Below are positions 10,261-19,342 of a stretch of 64,000 bases of DNA, piece after piece (position 1 is the stretch's first letter; every line of letters starts with the position of its first letter). The translations under genes and the position numbers were made by a program. The notes beneath the pieces are model-generated. The model was not told the DNA's origin and did not search any database. It saw only the letters and a list, made by a program, of their open reading frames with translations. Source of the stretch: Ignavibacteriales bacterium (lineage in GTDB: Bacteria > Bacteroidota > Ignavibacteria > Ignavibacteriales > DAOSCP01); assembly GCA_035379625.1 (NCBI GenBank), contig DAOSVM010000005.1, positions 29,833-93,832 of the forward strand. Reading direction: 5' to 3'.

Positions 10261-12863
10261 AGAAAGTAATAAATATAAGTTTATTAGTTATATCCTTTGT
10301 ACTGGCTCAAACAAAACCGGATTGGAAAGTAAACCCAAGTTTAGCTGGGTCGAATCATACTATTGTTATACCATTGGATGCAAATCCTAAAGTTAATGGT
10401 GTACCATTGCAAGCAGGTGATTATATTGGTGTATTTTATGATTCTTTAGGTATTAAATTTGCTTGTGGTGGTTTTAAGATGTGGGAAGGGGATAAAAATA
10501 TTGCAATTTCTGCGTTAGGTGATGATATTTTTACAAATGATAAGAAAGAAGGTTTTGCTGCAAATGAAAATTTTGTATGGAAGGTATGGAAAAAAAGTAA
10601 TAATCAAATTTATGATGTAGCTGTACAATTTAAATCTGGACAAGTTGTTTATACTCCTAATGGAACGTCTATTATTCAATCTTTAGGAGACAAAGTATTA
10701 CCTCCTTGGACCTTTAATAAAACAACTGTTTTTCATACAATAGTATTACCTAAAAGTTTAAATATTGTTGTAAACAAAATTAAACAAGTTCCACCTATTT
10801 ATGTTGGCGGTTTTTTCGATTCATTAGGTAACAAAGCCTGTGCAGGTTATGGAGAGTGGAATGGTGCAGCTGATGTTGAATTTAAAATTTATGGAGATAA
10901 TGCAAATACTGTTCCAAAGGAAGGTTTTTTTAATAATGAAAAGATTACTTTTTATATTTTTATTGTTGCAGAAAGAAAAATTATTGAAGTTAAAGCGAAA
11001 GTAAGAAGCGATTCCCCAAATGATACTTTCTTTATTCCAAATGGTAGAACTATTTTAGATTCTTTAATATCATTAAAAATAATTTCTGCAACCGATCCCG
11101 GTTGGGTTTTTACTCCAACAACTAATTATCATAAAGTAATTTTCCCATCCCGCCAGTCCGTTAAAATTGATGATTATTATATTGAAGATGGTGATTTTGT
11201 GGGTGCATTTTATAAAAAAAGTAATGATACTCTCGCTTGTGCTGGTTTTTTCCAATGGAATGGAGATATCCCCCAAGAATTAACTATTTGGGCTGATTAT
11301 CCCGATACGCGCAACAAAGAGGGATATTCAGTAGGGGATAAAATAACATTGTTGGTTTGGAGAAAGGCATCTCAATCTACCTTTTTTACTAATGTTAAAT
11401 GGATTAACGATAAATATAATTATCCAAATGATAGTATTTTTGCGATTTCTTCAATTTATAAAGATACTATTAAATTGGGTTATGGTTTAAGTGGGGTTGA
11501 GTTACTAACGAATGTTATTAGTGAAAAATATTTTCTCGAAAAGTCATTTTTCTTCAATGATTATAAGCTGCAAACTAGCTACAGAATTATTAGCTTGCCA
11601 GGTGTTCCAATTAGGTCGAATTCATATTTATTAGATTCTTTATTCCAAGGCGTTCCAAATAGAGATTGGATTGGTTTTAAATATAGTTCAGATGGTAAAC
11701 TTATACCTTATGAAAATAAAACACGTGGAGTTTTTAAATTTGCTCCAGGAAAAGCATTTTGGGTTCTTTCTAAGGTGCCATTAATTATTGAAAGAAGTAA
11801 TTATTTCCAAGCATATAATGTACCGACTAATGTAATTTTAAAAAATGATAAAATTGTTGCTTATTACGAAATTCCTTTGGATACAACTGGTAATTTATGG
11901 AATATTATTGCTAATCCATTTGATCAGCCAGTAAATTGGAAAGATATTATTGATTTTAATAATTCAGATTTTTTAAATAAACCAATATTCGAAACAGATA
12001 ATATTTATGAGTATTTAGGCACACAAGGATATAAAAAACAAGCAATTCTTGAACCTTATAGAGGATATTTTTACTATAATAGAACAAAACTTAAAAAATT
12101 AAAAATTCCTTATCCATTAAACAAAACTTTTAATAAAATAAGTAGTAATAATTATCAATATTTGAATTTAATGATAAGTAATGAACAAGATACAACTAAT
12201 TTAATTGTTTGGAATGTTCCCACATCAACAAAAGATTATGATAGATATGACGAATTATTGCCGCCAATTTCTTTTAATTCATTAACTGCTTTTATAGAAA
12301 ATACGAGTGCAAATATTGATTATAAAAAATTTAAATCTGATGCAAGATATATTGGTATTGGGCAAAAATATAACCTAAAAGTAGTTAGTAAAAATGGTGG
12401 AATTAAATTCAAATTAGATAATAAATTAAATGATGATTATCGAATTATTTTCGTCAATAAATCTAATGGTAAGGTTATTGATTTGAAGAATTTAAAGGAA
12501 TTTGAATATACTAATAATTTAAGTGATACATTATCATTTGATTTATTAATTGGTACAGAAGAGTTTTTCAAAAATACAAATGTAAAAATCGAGAAATTTG
12601 AGCTTTATCAAAATTATCCAAATCCATTTAACCCTAAAACAAAAATTAATTTTTCTATACCAGAAAATCTTTCAAATTATTTAGTAGAATTAAAGGTATA
12701 TGATATTTTGGGGAGAGAAATAGCTACACTTATTAATAAAAACCTGCCTTCAGGAATTTACAGTGTTGATTTTGATGGAAACAATTTATCGTCAGGTGTT
12801 TATTTTGCAAAATTAAGTGTTGCAAATAAGACAAAATTTATTAAGATGCAATTGATAAAATAG
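10248..12863 (+). CDS. T9SS cargo protein with three copies of an uncharacterised ~110-aa module
   Basis: Signal peptide. The module core is (GD[YF][IV]G[VA]FY...CAG...W.G) and occurs three times. The C-terminal T9SS domain is NYPNPFNPKTKINFSIP...GVYFAKL...KMQLIK. It overlaps the upstream gene by 13 nt. Confidence 0.8.
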   Translation: MDMVKKVINISLLVISFVLAQTKPDWKVNPSLAGSNHTIVIPLDANPKVNGVPLQAGDYIGVFYDSLGIKFACGGFKMWEGDKNIAISALGDDIFTNDKKEGFAANENFVWKVWKKSNNQIYDVAVQFKSGQVVYTPNGTSIIQSLGDKVLPPWTFNKTTVFHTIVLPKSLNIVVNKIKQVPPIYVGGFFDSLGNKACAGYGEWNGAADVEFKIYGDNANTVPKEGFFNNEKITFYIFIVAERKIIEVKAKVRSDSPNDTFFIPNGRTILDSLISLKIISATDPGWVFTPTTNYHKVIFPSRQSVKIDDYYIEDGDFVGAFYKKSNDTLACAGFFQWNGDIPQELTIWADYPDTRNKEGYSVGDKITLLVWRKASQSTFFTNVKWINDKYNYPNDSIFAISSIYKDTIKLGYGLSGVELLTNVISEKYFLEKSFFFNDYKLQTSYRIISLPGVPIRSNSYLLDSLFQGVPNRDWIGFKYSSDGKLIPYENKTRGVFKFAPGKAFWVLSKVPLIIERSNYFQAYNVPTNVILKNDKIVAYYEIPLDTTGNLWNIIANPFDQPVNWKDIIDFNNSDFLNKPIFETDNIYEYLGTQGYKKQAILEPYRGYFYYNRTKLKKLKIPYPLNKTFNKISSNNYQYLNLMISNEQDTTNLIVWNVPTSTKDYDRYDELLPPISFNSLTAFIENTSANIDYKKFKSDARYIGIGQKYNLKVVSKNGGIKFKLDNKLNDDYRIIFVNKSNGKVIDLKNLKEFEYTNNLSDTLSFDLLIGTEEFFKNTNVKIEKFELYQNYPNPFNPKTKINFSIPENLSNYLVELKVYDILGREIATLINKNLPSGIYSVDFDGNNLSSGVYFAKLSVANKTKFIKMQLIK

Positions 12864-13072
12864 AATGGAATATATTGATTTTTTATAAGATCTATTTATG
12901 GATATTTGATAACTTTAAGATAGGTAAATTTTTAATTGTTTCCGTTATCTATTTGAATAAACAGATATTTTATTACCGCCATGTAGGTATTAGTATTAAA
13001 TAAATGGTATGTTTTTGGAACTATAGAAATACTTTTGTTGTTATTTTTATTTAACTGTTATGAGGAAATTTT

Positions 13073-14713
13073 ATGACACAAATTTTTAAGGTTCCACAAT
13101 TAGGTGAAAATATATCAGAAGCTACAATAGTAAAACTTTATGTTAAAGTTGGAGATACTGTTAAAAAAGATCAAATTTTGATGGAAGTTGAAGCCGGAAA
13201 AGCAAATCTAGAAATACAGGCAGATTTCGATGGTAAGATAACAAAATTGTTAGCAAATGAAGGGGATAAAATTCTTCCTTTGGGTGATATTGTTGAATAT
13301 GAGGTTACGGTTGAAACACCTCAGGACCCAATTATAAAGGAAGAGTTACCGGCGCAACAGACCACACTTACACCGTCTGAGCCAATTAAAGAAGAGAAAA
13401 AAAATAATATTTCTGAAGAAATTGAAGTATTATTACCAAATTTGGGAGAGAATATTGCAGAGGCTACCGTTGTTAAGGTAAATATTAAGGTTGGTGATGA
13501 AATTAAGAAAAATGAAATTGTTCTTGAGGTTGAAACCGGTAAGGCATCATTGGAGATTACATCGGAGTATGACGGTTCGATTAAAGCTGTTTTTGTTAAA
13601 GAAGGGGATAAAATTAAAATAGGGGATAAAATTTATACTATATTGGCTCGGACAGAAATAAGCTTGCCTTCGGATAAACCGAAGGAGGTTTCACCTGAAA
13701 TTAAAAAAGAAGTTCAAGTTGACACAAAGATTGAACCTAAACAAGAAAAAATAGCTAACACTGATGAATTTAAAGTTGATACGTATAATGTAAGTAAAAA
13801 TATTTTTGTGCTTGCATCACCTTCAGTAAGGAAATTTGCAAGAGAAATTGGAGTAACAATATCTGACGTAAAACCATCTGATGGCAAAAGAGTTACAATT
13901 GAAGATGTGAAGCAGCATGCTAAAAATATATTGCAAAATTTAGGTAAAGCTGAAGTTAATCAAGCTAAAATTCCACAGAGCGGATATTTTGAACCGCTTC
14001 CAGATTTTACTAAGTGGGGAGATATAAAAGCTGAGGAATTAAGTAATATCCGAAGAGTAACCGCGCAGCATTTACATTTTTCGTGGTCGCAAATACCGCA
14101 TGTTACGCAGTTTGATAAGGCAGATATTACAGATTTAGAAGAGTTTCGTTTGAAGCTTGTTAAAAAGTATCCTGATTCGAAGATTACAATTACATCCATA
14201 ATTGCAAAAGTTCTAAGCTTAGCATTGAAGAAATTTCCACAATTTAATTCAAGTTTAGATTTACAAAATAATAAATTAATTTATAAGAATTATTACCATA
14301 TTGGTATTGCAGTTGATACCGACAAAGGTTTGGTTGTTCCAGTAGTAAGGGATGTTGACAAAAAATCATTATTTGATATATCAAAGGATATAAATTTATT
14401 AGCAATCAAAGCAAGAGATAAAAAATTATCATTAGAAGAGATGCAGGGGGGAACATTTACAATATCGAATTTAGGTGGTATTGGAGGTACCTATTTTACA
14501 CCGATAGTAAATTATCCTGAAGTTGCTATATTAGGAATATCTAGAAGTTCGTATGAGCCCAAATATAATGGAACAACTTTTGAGCCAAGATTGATGTTGC
14601 CTTTATCGTTATCATATGATCATAGAGTAATAGATGGAGCTGATGGGATAAGATTTTTGAGATACATTATTGATATTTTAGAAAATCCATACAATATGTT
14701 GATACAATTATAA
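13073..14713 (+). CDS. 2-oxoacid dehydrogenase E2 component (dihydrolipoamide acyltransferase), two lipoyl domains
   Basis: Two lipoyl motifs (MEVEAGKANLEI, LEVETGKASLEI). E3-binding domain ASPSVRKFAREIGV. Catalytic motif SYDHRVIDGADG. Confidence 0.9.
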   Translation: MTQIFKVPQLGENISEATIVKLYVKVGDTVKKDQILMEVEAGKANLEIQADFDGKITKLLANEGDKILPLGDIVEYEVTVETPQDPIIKEELPAQQTTLTPSEPIKEEKKNNISEEIEVLLPNLGENIAEATVVKVNIKVGDEIKKNEIVLEVETGKASLEITSEYDGSIKAVFVKEGDKIKIGDKIYTILARTEISLPSDKPKEVSPEIKKEVQVDTKIEPKQEKIANTDEFKVDTYNVSKNIFVLASPSVRKFAREIGVTISDVKPSDGKRVTIEDVKQHAKNILQNLGKAEVNQAKIPQSGYFEPLPDFTKWGDIKAEELSNIRRVTAQHLHFSWSQIPHVTQFDKADITDLEEFRLKLVKKYPDSKITITSIIAKVLSLALKKFPQFNSSLDLQNNKLIYKNYYHIGIAVDTDKGLVVPVVRDVDKKSLFDISKDINLLAIKARDKKLSLEEMQGGTFTISNLGGIGGTYFTPIVNYPEVAILGISRSSYEPKYNGTTFEPRLMLPLSLSYDHRVIDGADGIRFLRYIIDILENPYNMLIQL

Positions 14714-14727
14714 AATTGAATATAAGT

Positions 14728-14757
14728 AAAAAGCCGTTAAAGATAACGGCTTTTTTG
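14728..14757 (+). terminator. rho-independent terminator after E2
   Basis: aaaaagccgtta-aaga-taacggctttttt. Confidence 0.8.
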
Positions 14758-14764
14758 TTTTAAA

Positions 14765-14797
14765 ATAAAAAAAAGCTACTTATTAATGAAGTAGCTA
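14765..14797 (-). terminator. rho-independent terminator after tRNA-Ser
   Basis: On the minus strand the sequence reads agctacttc-attaat-aagtagct followed by a T-run. Confidence 0.7.
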
Positions 14798-14799
14798 TT

Positions 14800-14891
14800 T
14801 GGCGGAAGGGGAGGGATTCGAACCCTCGGTAGGGGTTTAACCCTACGACGGTTTAGCAAACCGTTGGTTTAAGCCACTCACCCACCCTTCC
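14800..14891 (-). tRNA. tRNA-Ser (anticodon GCU), class II with long variable arm, CCA encoded
   Basis: The reverse complement is GGAAGGGTGGGTGAGTGGCTTAAACCAACGGTTTGCTAAACCGTCGTAGGGTTAAACCCCTACCGAGGGTTCGAATCCCTCCCCTTCCGCCA. Acceptor stem is GGAAGGG/CCCTTCC. Anticodon stem CGGTT/AACCG carries loop TGCTAAA. The T-arm contains GGTTCGAATCC. Confidence 0.93.
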
Positions 14892-14984
14892 GTAGCTTAA
14901 ATTTTTTGAACTATAAATATACAATATTATTTGTAAAAAATCAAGTAAAATTGTAATTTGTAAGCAAAATTTTATAAAGGAAAT

Positions 14985-16949
14985 ATGTTTATGAAAAAGA
15001 TATTAATTATATTTGTTTTAGCTTATTGGCTTTTTGCTCAAAATATGGATGGTGCTTTTTTTTGTAGTAAGAAAAAAATTGAACGTTATACCAATATTGG
15101 ATTAAAGGAAAATTTAAATTTGATACAAAGGAATTATGATGTTTTGAAGTATAAAATAACTGTTGATTTAAGAAATAATTATGTTTATCCTTACGCAAGG
15201 TTTTTTACAGGTAATGTAGAAATTGATATAAGATTAGATTCTGTTGCCAAATACATTGAATTGGATGCTAATTCCCAATCAATTACTATCGATTCTATTA
15301 TTGGTGATGTAAAATCGTATCAACATAGTAACAATAAATTGTTAATAAATTTTAACAATACATATTTACCGGAGATAGAAACAAAACTTAAAATTTACTA
15401 TAAACATAATGATATATCGGATGGAGCTTTTTACGTTAATGATGGCTTTGTTTTTACAGATTGTGAACCAATAGGTGCAAGGAATTGGTTCCCTTGTAAT
15501 GATTTACCATCCGATAAGGCATTGATGGAATTAGTAGCATTTACACCTTCAAATGTGCTTTTGGGTTCTAATGGAATTTTGGCCGATTCTGTTAATTATG
15601 GTAGTTATATAAAATATCGTTGGGTAAGTAATCAAGCAATTGCAACTTATTTAATTGTAATAACTTCCAGAGTAAATTACAATTTAAATGAGTTTTATGT
15701 TTTTGATAAATGGCAAAATAAATATATACCAATAAGATTATATTATAATACAGGTGAAGCAATCTCAGACGAATTAAAGCAATCGATAATAAATGCATAC
15801 AATTATTTTTCGGAGAAATGGTATCCGCATCCATTTGATAAAAATGGTTTTGCTACATTAAATAGCGATTTTAGTTGGGGAGGGATGGAAAATCAGACTT
15901 TAACTAGTTTATGTCCTGGTTGTTGGGATGAAAATTTGTTAATTCACGAATTTGCACATCAGTGGTTCGGTGATATGGTAACTTGTAAAACTTGGGCAGA
16001 TATTTGGCTTAATGAAGGTTTTGCAACTTGGGCTGAAGCATATTGGCTTGAAAGGGATGGTGGATATAATGCATATTTGAGTGATATAAAGAAAAAAGCA
16101 AATTATTATTTGCAAAATAATCCGGGTTATGCAATTTATAATCCTTCGTGGGCAGATAATCTACCGAACGTAAATACACTTTTTAATTATGCAATAACAT
16201 ATTGTAAAGGGGCTTGTGTTGTTCATCTTTTAAAATATACGCTTGGTGATAGTCTATTTTTTAATGTGATAAATAAATATTTCAATACTTACAAATACCA
16301 GAGTGCAACAATAAAAGATTTTTTTAATATTGTAACTTCTGTAACAGGTGATGATTACAATTGGTTTATGGAGCAATGGATAAAAAGGCCTAATCATCCA
16401 ATTTATGAAAATGCTTATGATATAATTGATAATGGAGAAGGTTCAACTGTGCATTTCAAATTTTATCAAACAAATACGCAATTTTATATTATGCCCGTAA
16501 AATTGAAATTTAAGTTTCAGGACCTGAGTGATACAACAATTAAAGTGTGGAATAATTATAATGGTGAAATTTTTACATTTAATTTTCCTAAAAAAGTAAC
16601 ACAGGTAATATTTGATCCTTTAAATGAAATAGTTTTGAAAAAGGCAACAACAGTAGTTGGAATAGAAGATTTATCCAGCCAGCAAGAGGAGGAAACCGTA
16701 AAAGTATATCCTAATCCTTTTAATAACTCATCATCAGTATCTTTTAAATTAGCAAAATCGGCAAATGTTAGTATTATTTTATATGATATTTTAGGTAACA
16801 AAGTTTTAAATATCACATCAAATCAACACATGCCAGCGGGAAGTTATCAATACCCAATTCAATTAAATAATTTTTCATCAGGAGTTTATATTTTAAGCTT
16901 TATAAAAGATGGGGGAGTGAAAAATTTTAAGATAAATTATATAAAATAA
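14985..16949 (+). CDS. M1-family zinc aminopeptidase with T9SS C-terminal sorting domain
   Basis: GGMENQ (a GAMEN-type motif). HEFAHQWFGD...WLNEGFATW gives the HExxH-X18-E signature. C-terminal domain is VKVYPNPFNNSSSVSFKL...GVYILSF. Confidence 0.9.
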   Translation: MFMKKILIIFVLAYWLFAQNMDGAFFCSKKKIERYTNIGLKENLNLIQRNYDVLKYKITVDLRNNYVYPYARFFTGNVEIDIRLDSVAKYIELDANSQSITIDSIIGDVKSYQHSNNKLLINFNNTYLPEIETKLKIYYKHNDISDGAFYVNDGFVFTDCEPIGARNWFPCNDLPSDKALMELVAFTPSNVLLGSNGILADSVNYGSYIKYRWVSNQAIATYLIVITSRVNYNLNEFYVFDKWQNKYIPIRLYYNTGEAISDELKQSIINAYNYFSEKWYPHPFDKNGFATLNSDFSWGGMENQTLTSLCPGCWDENLLIHEFAHQWFGDMVTCKTWADIWLNEGFATWAEAYWLERDGGYNAYLSDIKKKANYYLQNNPGYAIYNPSWADNLPNVNTLFNYAITYCKGACVVHLLKYTLGDSLFFNVINKYFNTYKYQSATIKDFFNIVTSVTGDDYNWFMEQWIKRPNHPIYENAYDIIDNGEGSTVHFKFYQTNTQFYIMPVKLKFKFQDLSDTTIKVWNNYNGEIFTFNFPKKVTQVIFDPLNEIVLKKATTVVGIEDLSSQQEEETVKVYPNPFNNSSSVSFKLAKSANVSIILYDILGNKVLNITSNQHMPAGSYQYPIQLNNFSSGVYILSFIKDGGVKNFKINYIK

Positions 16950-17000
16950 TTGTATTATAATAATAAAAATATTAATTTTAATTTTTAATATTATTAATTT

Positions 17001-19313
17001 ATGGGGGTACTAGTTATGGCACAATTAGCTCAAGTAATTGCTGTTGACAAAGATAAATGCGTTAATTGTCATCAGTGTATTCAAGTTTGCCCTGTTAAAT
17101 ATTGTAATGTTGTAAAAGAAGAAGGTTATGTTGATGTTGATCCTGATTTATGTATTGGTTGTGGTAACTGTATTGATGCTTGTACTCACGATGCTAGAAT
17201 AGGTATTGATGATTTTGAAAAATGGATAAATGATTTGAAATGTGGTGTTAATATGGTTGCAATAGTTGCCCCCGCTATAGCTGCTAATTTCCCACATCAA
17301 TATTTGAATCTTAATGGATGGCTAAAATCTATAGGTGTTAAAGCAATTTTTGATGTAAGTTTTGGTGCAGAACTTACAATTAAATCTTATTTAGAGCATG
17401 TCAAAAAAAATAAACCAAAAGCTGTTATAGCCCAACCTTGTCCTGCTTTGGTTACTTATATTCAAATTTATCAACCAGAATTGCTACCTTATTTAGCTCC
17501 CGCTGATAGTCCAATGGCACATACCATGAAAATGATAAAGGAATTTTATCCAGAGTATAGCAATCATAAAATTGTAGTTATATCTCCTTGTGTTGCAAAA
17601 AGAAGGGAATTTGATGAAATTGGATATGGAGATTATAATGTTACGATGCGAAGAATACAAGAATATTTTGATGAAAAAAGAATATATCTTTCAAGTTATC
17701 CTGAAGTTGATTATGATAATCCGCCGGCAGAAAGAGCAGTATTATTTTCATCTCCAGGTGGTTTATTAGAAACTGCAATAAGAGAAGTGCCGGGAATTAG
17801 AAATAGTGCTAGAAAAATTGAAGGTCCACATATTCTTTATCATTACTTTGAAAAATTACCAAAAATGATTCAAGAAGGTATAAATCCTTTACTTATAGAT
17901 TGTCTTAATTGTGATATGGGTTGTAATGGCGGAACTGGTACACTTTCAAGAAATAAATCAATTGACGAAGTAGAATATCTTATTTCTGAAAGAAGCAAGG
18001 AAATGCAAAAAAGATATGAAAGCAAATTGACAAAAAAAATATCCAAATCTAAGATAAGAAGTATTATAAATAGGTATTGGAAAGAAGGCTTATACGATAG
18101 AAGTTATAAAAATTTATCAAATTTATTTAAAAATAAAATTAAAATACCGAATAAAAGTGAAATTGATAAGCTTTTTGCAATTATGAAAAAAGAAACTAAA
18201 AATGATATAAAAAATTGTCCATCATGCGGTTATAACAATTGTGAAAAATTTGCAATAGCTGTATATAATGATATTTATAATAAAGAGAGTTGTTATGTGT
18301 ATAATCATCAAATAGTAGAAAAATCTTTAGAGTATATTGAACGAAATTATGATAATGTTGATAAGATAGCTTCAGGTGATTTATCAGTTAAATTTTATGA
18401 TGAAGGTGATGAAAGAATTGCTGTTTTCTTTAAAGATTTAAATAAATCATTTGATAAGGTTCGTGCTTTAATAAAAGAAGTTTTAGAATTGAGTGAAAAT
18501 TTAGCTGCTGCATCTGGTGAAATTTCTGCGAGTGTTGAAAAGATAACAGTTGGTATTAGAGAACAAACTAATAACACAGATGAAATAAACAGAGAAATTA
18601 TTGAATTAAATAATTCTTTTAAATTAACTTCTGAAGCTGTAACCGAAACATTAAGAAAAGCTGAAGTATCAACAAATAATGCAGAAAATGGTAAAAAAGT
18701 AATAGATAATAACATTCAATCTATTTCGGAAATTTCTAAAACAGTATTTGAGGCTGCCAAAACGGTTGAACAATTGGGTAAAAATAGTGATCAAATTGGT
18801 CAAATTGCCTCAGCTATTGATGAAATAGCTGACCAAACAAATTTACTTGCATTAAATGCAGCAATTGAAGCAGCTCGTGCAGGTGAGCAGGGAAGAGGTT
18901 TTGCTGTTGTAGCAGATGAGGTAAGGAAATTGGCAGAAAGAACCGGAAAAGCTACTAAAGAAATTTCAGAAATTATTAGATCAATTCAAAATGAGACTAA
19001 ATTAGCTGTTGAAAATATGCAAAAAGGCACAGTGGCTGTTGAAGTTTCTCAGAATTTATCTAAGGATGTAGAAAGTAAAATTAATCAAATAAAAGATAAT
19101 GTCATTGATGTGGCTAAGAAAGTTAATGTAATATATGAAGATAGTTATAGATTAAGTGAAAAATTATCAACTATTGCACAAAATGTAGAACAAATTTCAA
19201 TTATATCAAAAGATAGCAGTTATGGCGTGGAACAAATAGCTAAAGCAATAAATGATTTAGCAATGGTTTCTCATAACTTGAATGAAATGATAGCCCAGTT
19301 CAAGATTAGCTAA
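17001..19313 (+). CDS. soluble chemoreceptor: 2x[4Fe-4S] ferredoxin + [FeFe]-hydrogenase-like domain fused to an MCP signalling domain
   Basis: Two ferredoxin motifs: [12 protein letters not shown] and [11 protein letters not shown]. Hydrogenase-like motifs: [17 protein letters not shown] and [13 protein letters not shown]. The MCP core is [42 protein letters not shown]. No transmembrane segment is present. Confidence 0.85.
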   Translation: MGVLVMAQLAQVIAVDKDKCVNCHQCIQVCPVKYCNVVKEEGYVDVDPDLCIGCGNCIDACTHDARIGIDDFEKWINDLKCGVNMVAIVAPAIAANFPHQYLNLNGWLKSIGVKAIFDVSFGAELTIKSYLEHVKKNKPKAVIAQPCPALVTYIQIYQPELLPYLAPADSPMAHTMKMIKEFYPEYSNHKIVVISPCVAKRREFDEIGYGDYNVTMRRIQEYFDEKRIYLSSYPEVDYDNPPAERAVLFSSPGGLLETAIREVPGIRNSARKIEGPHILYHYFEKLPKMIQEGINPLLIDCLNCDMGCNGGTGTLSRNKSIDEVEYLISERSKEMQKRYESKLTKKISKSKIRSIINRYWKEGLYDRSYKNLSNLFKNKIKIPNKSEIDKLFAIMKKETKNDIKNCPSCGYNNCEKFAIAVYNDIYNKESCYVYNHQIVEKSLEYIERNYDNVDKIASGDLSVKFYDEGDERIAVFFKDLNKSFDKVRALIKEVLELSENLAAASGEISASVEKITVGIREQTNNTDEINREIIELNNSFKLTSEAVTETLRKAEVSTNNAENGKKVIDNNIQSISEISKTVFEAAKTVEQLGKNSDQIGQIASAIDEIADQTNLLALNAAIEAARAGEQGRGFAVVADEVRKLAERTGKATKEISEIIRSIQNETKLAVENMQKGTVAVEVSQNLSKDVESKINQIKDNVIDVAKKVNVIYEDSYRLSEKLSTIAQNVEQISIISKDSSYGVEQIAKAINDLAMVSHNLNEMIAQFKIS

Positions 19314-19314
19314 T

Positions 19315-19342
19315 AAAAAACTGGCCTATTGGCCAGTTTTTT
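19315..19342. terminator. bidirectional terminator between the MCP gene and clpC
   Basis: aaaaaactggcc-tatt-ggccagtttttt. Confidence 0.8.
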
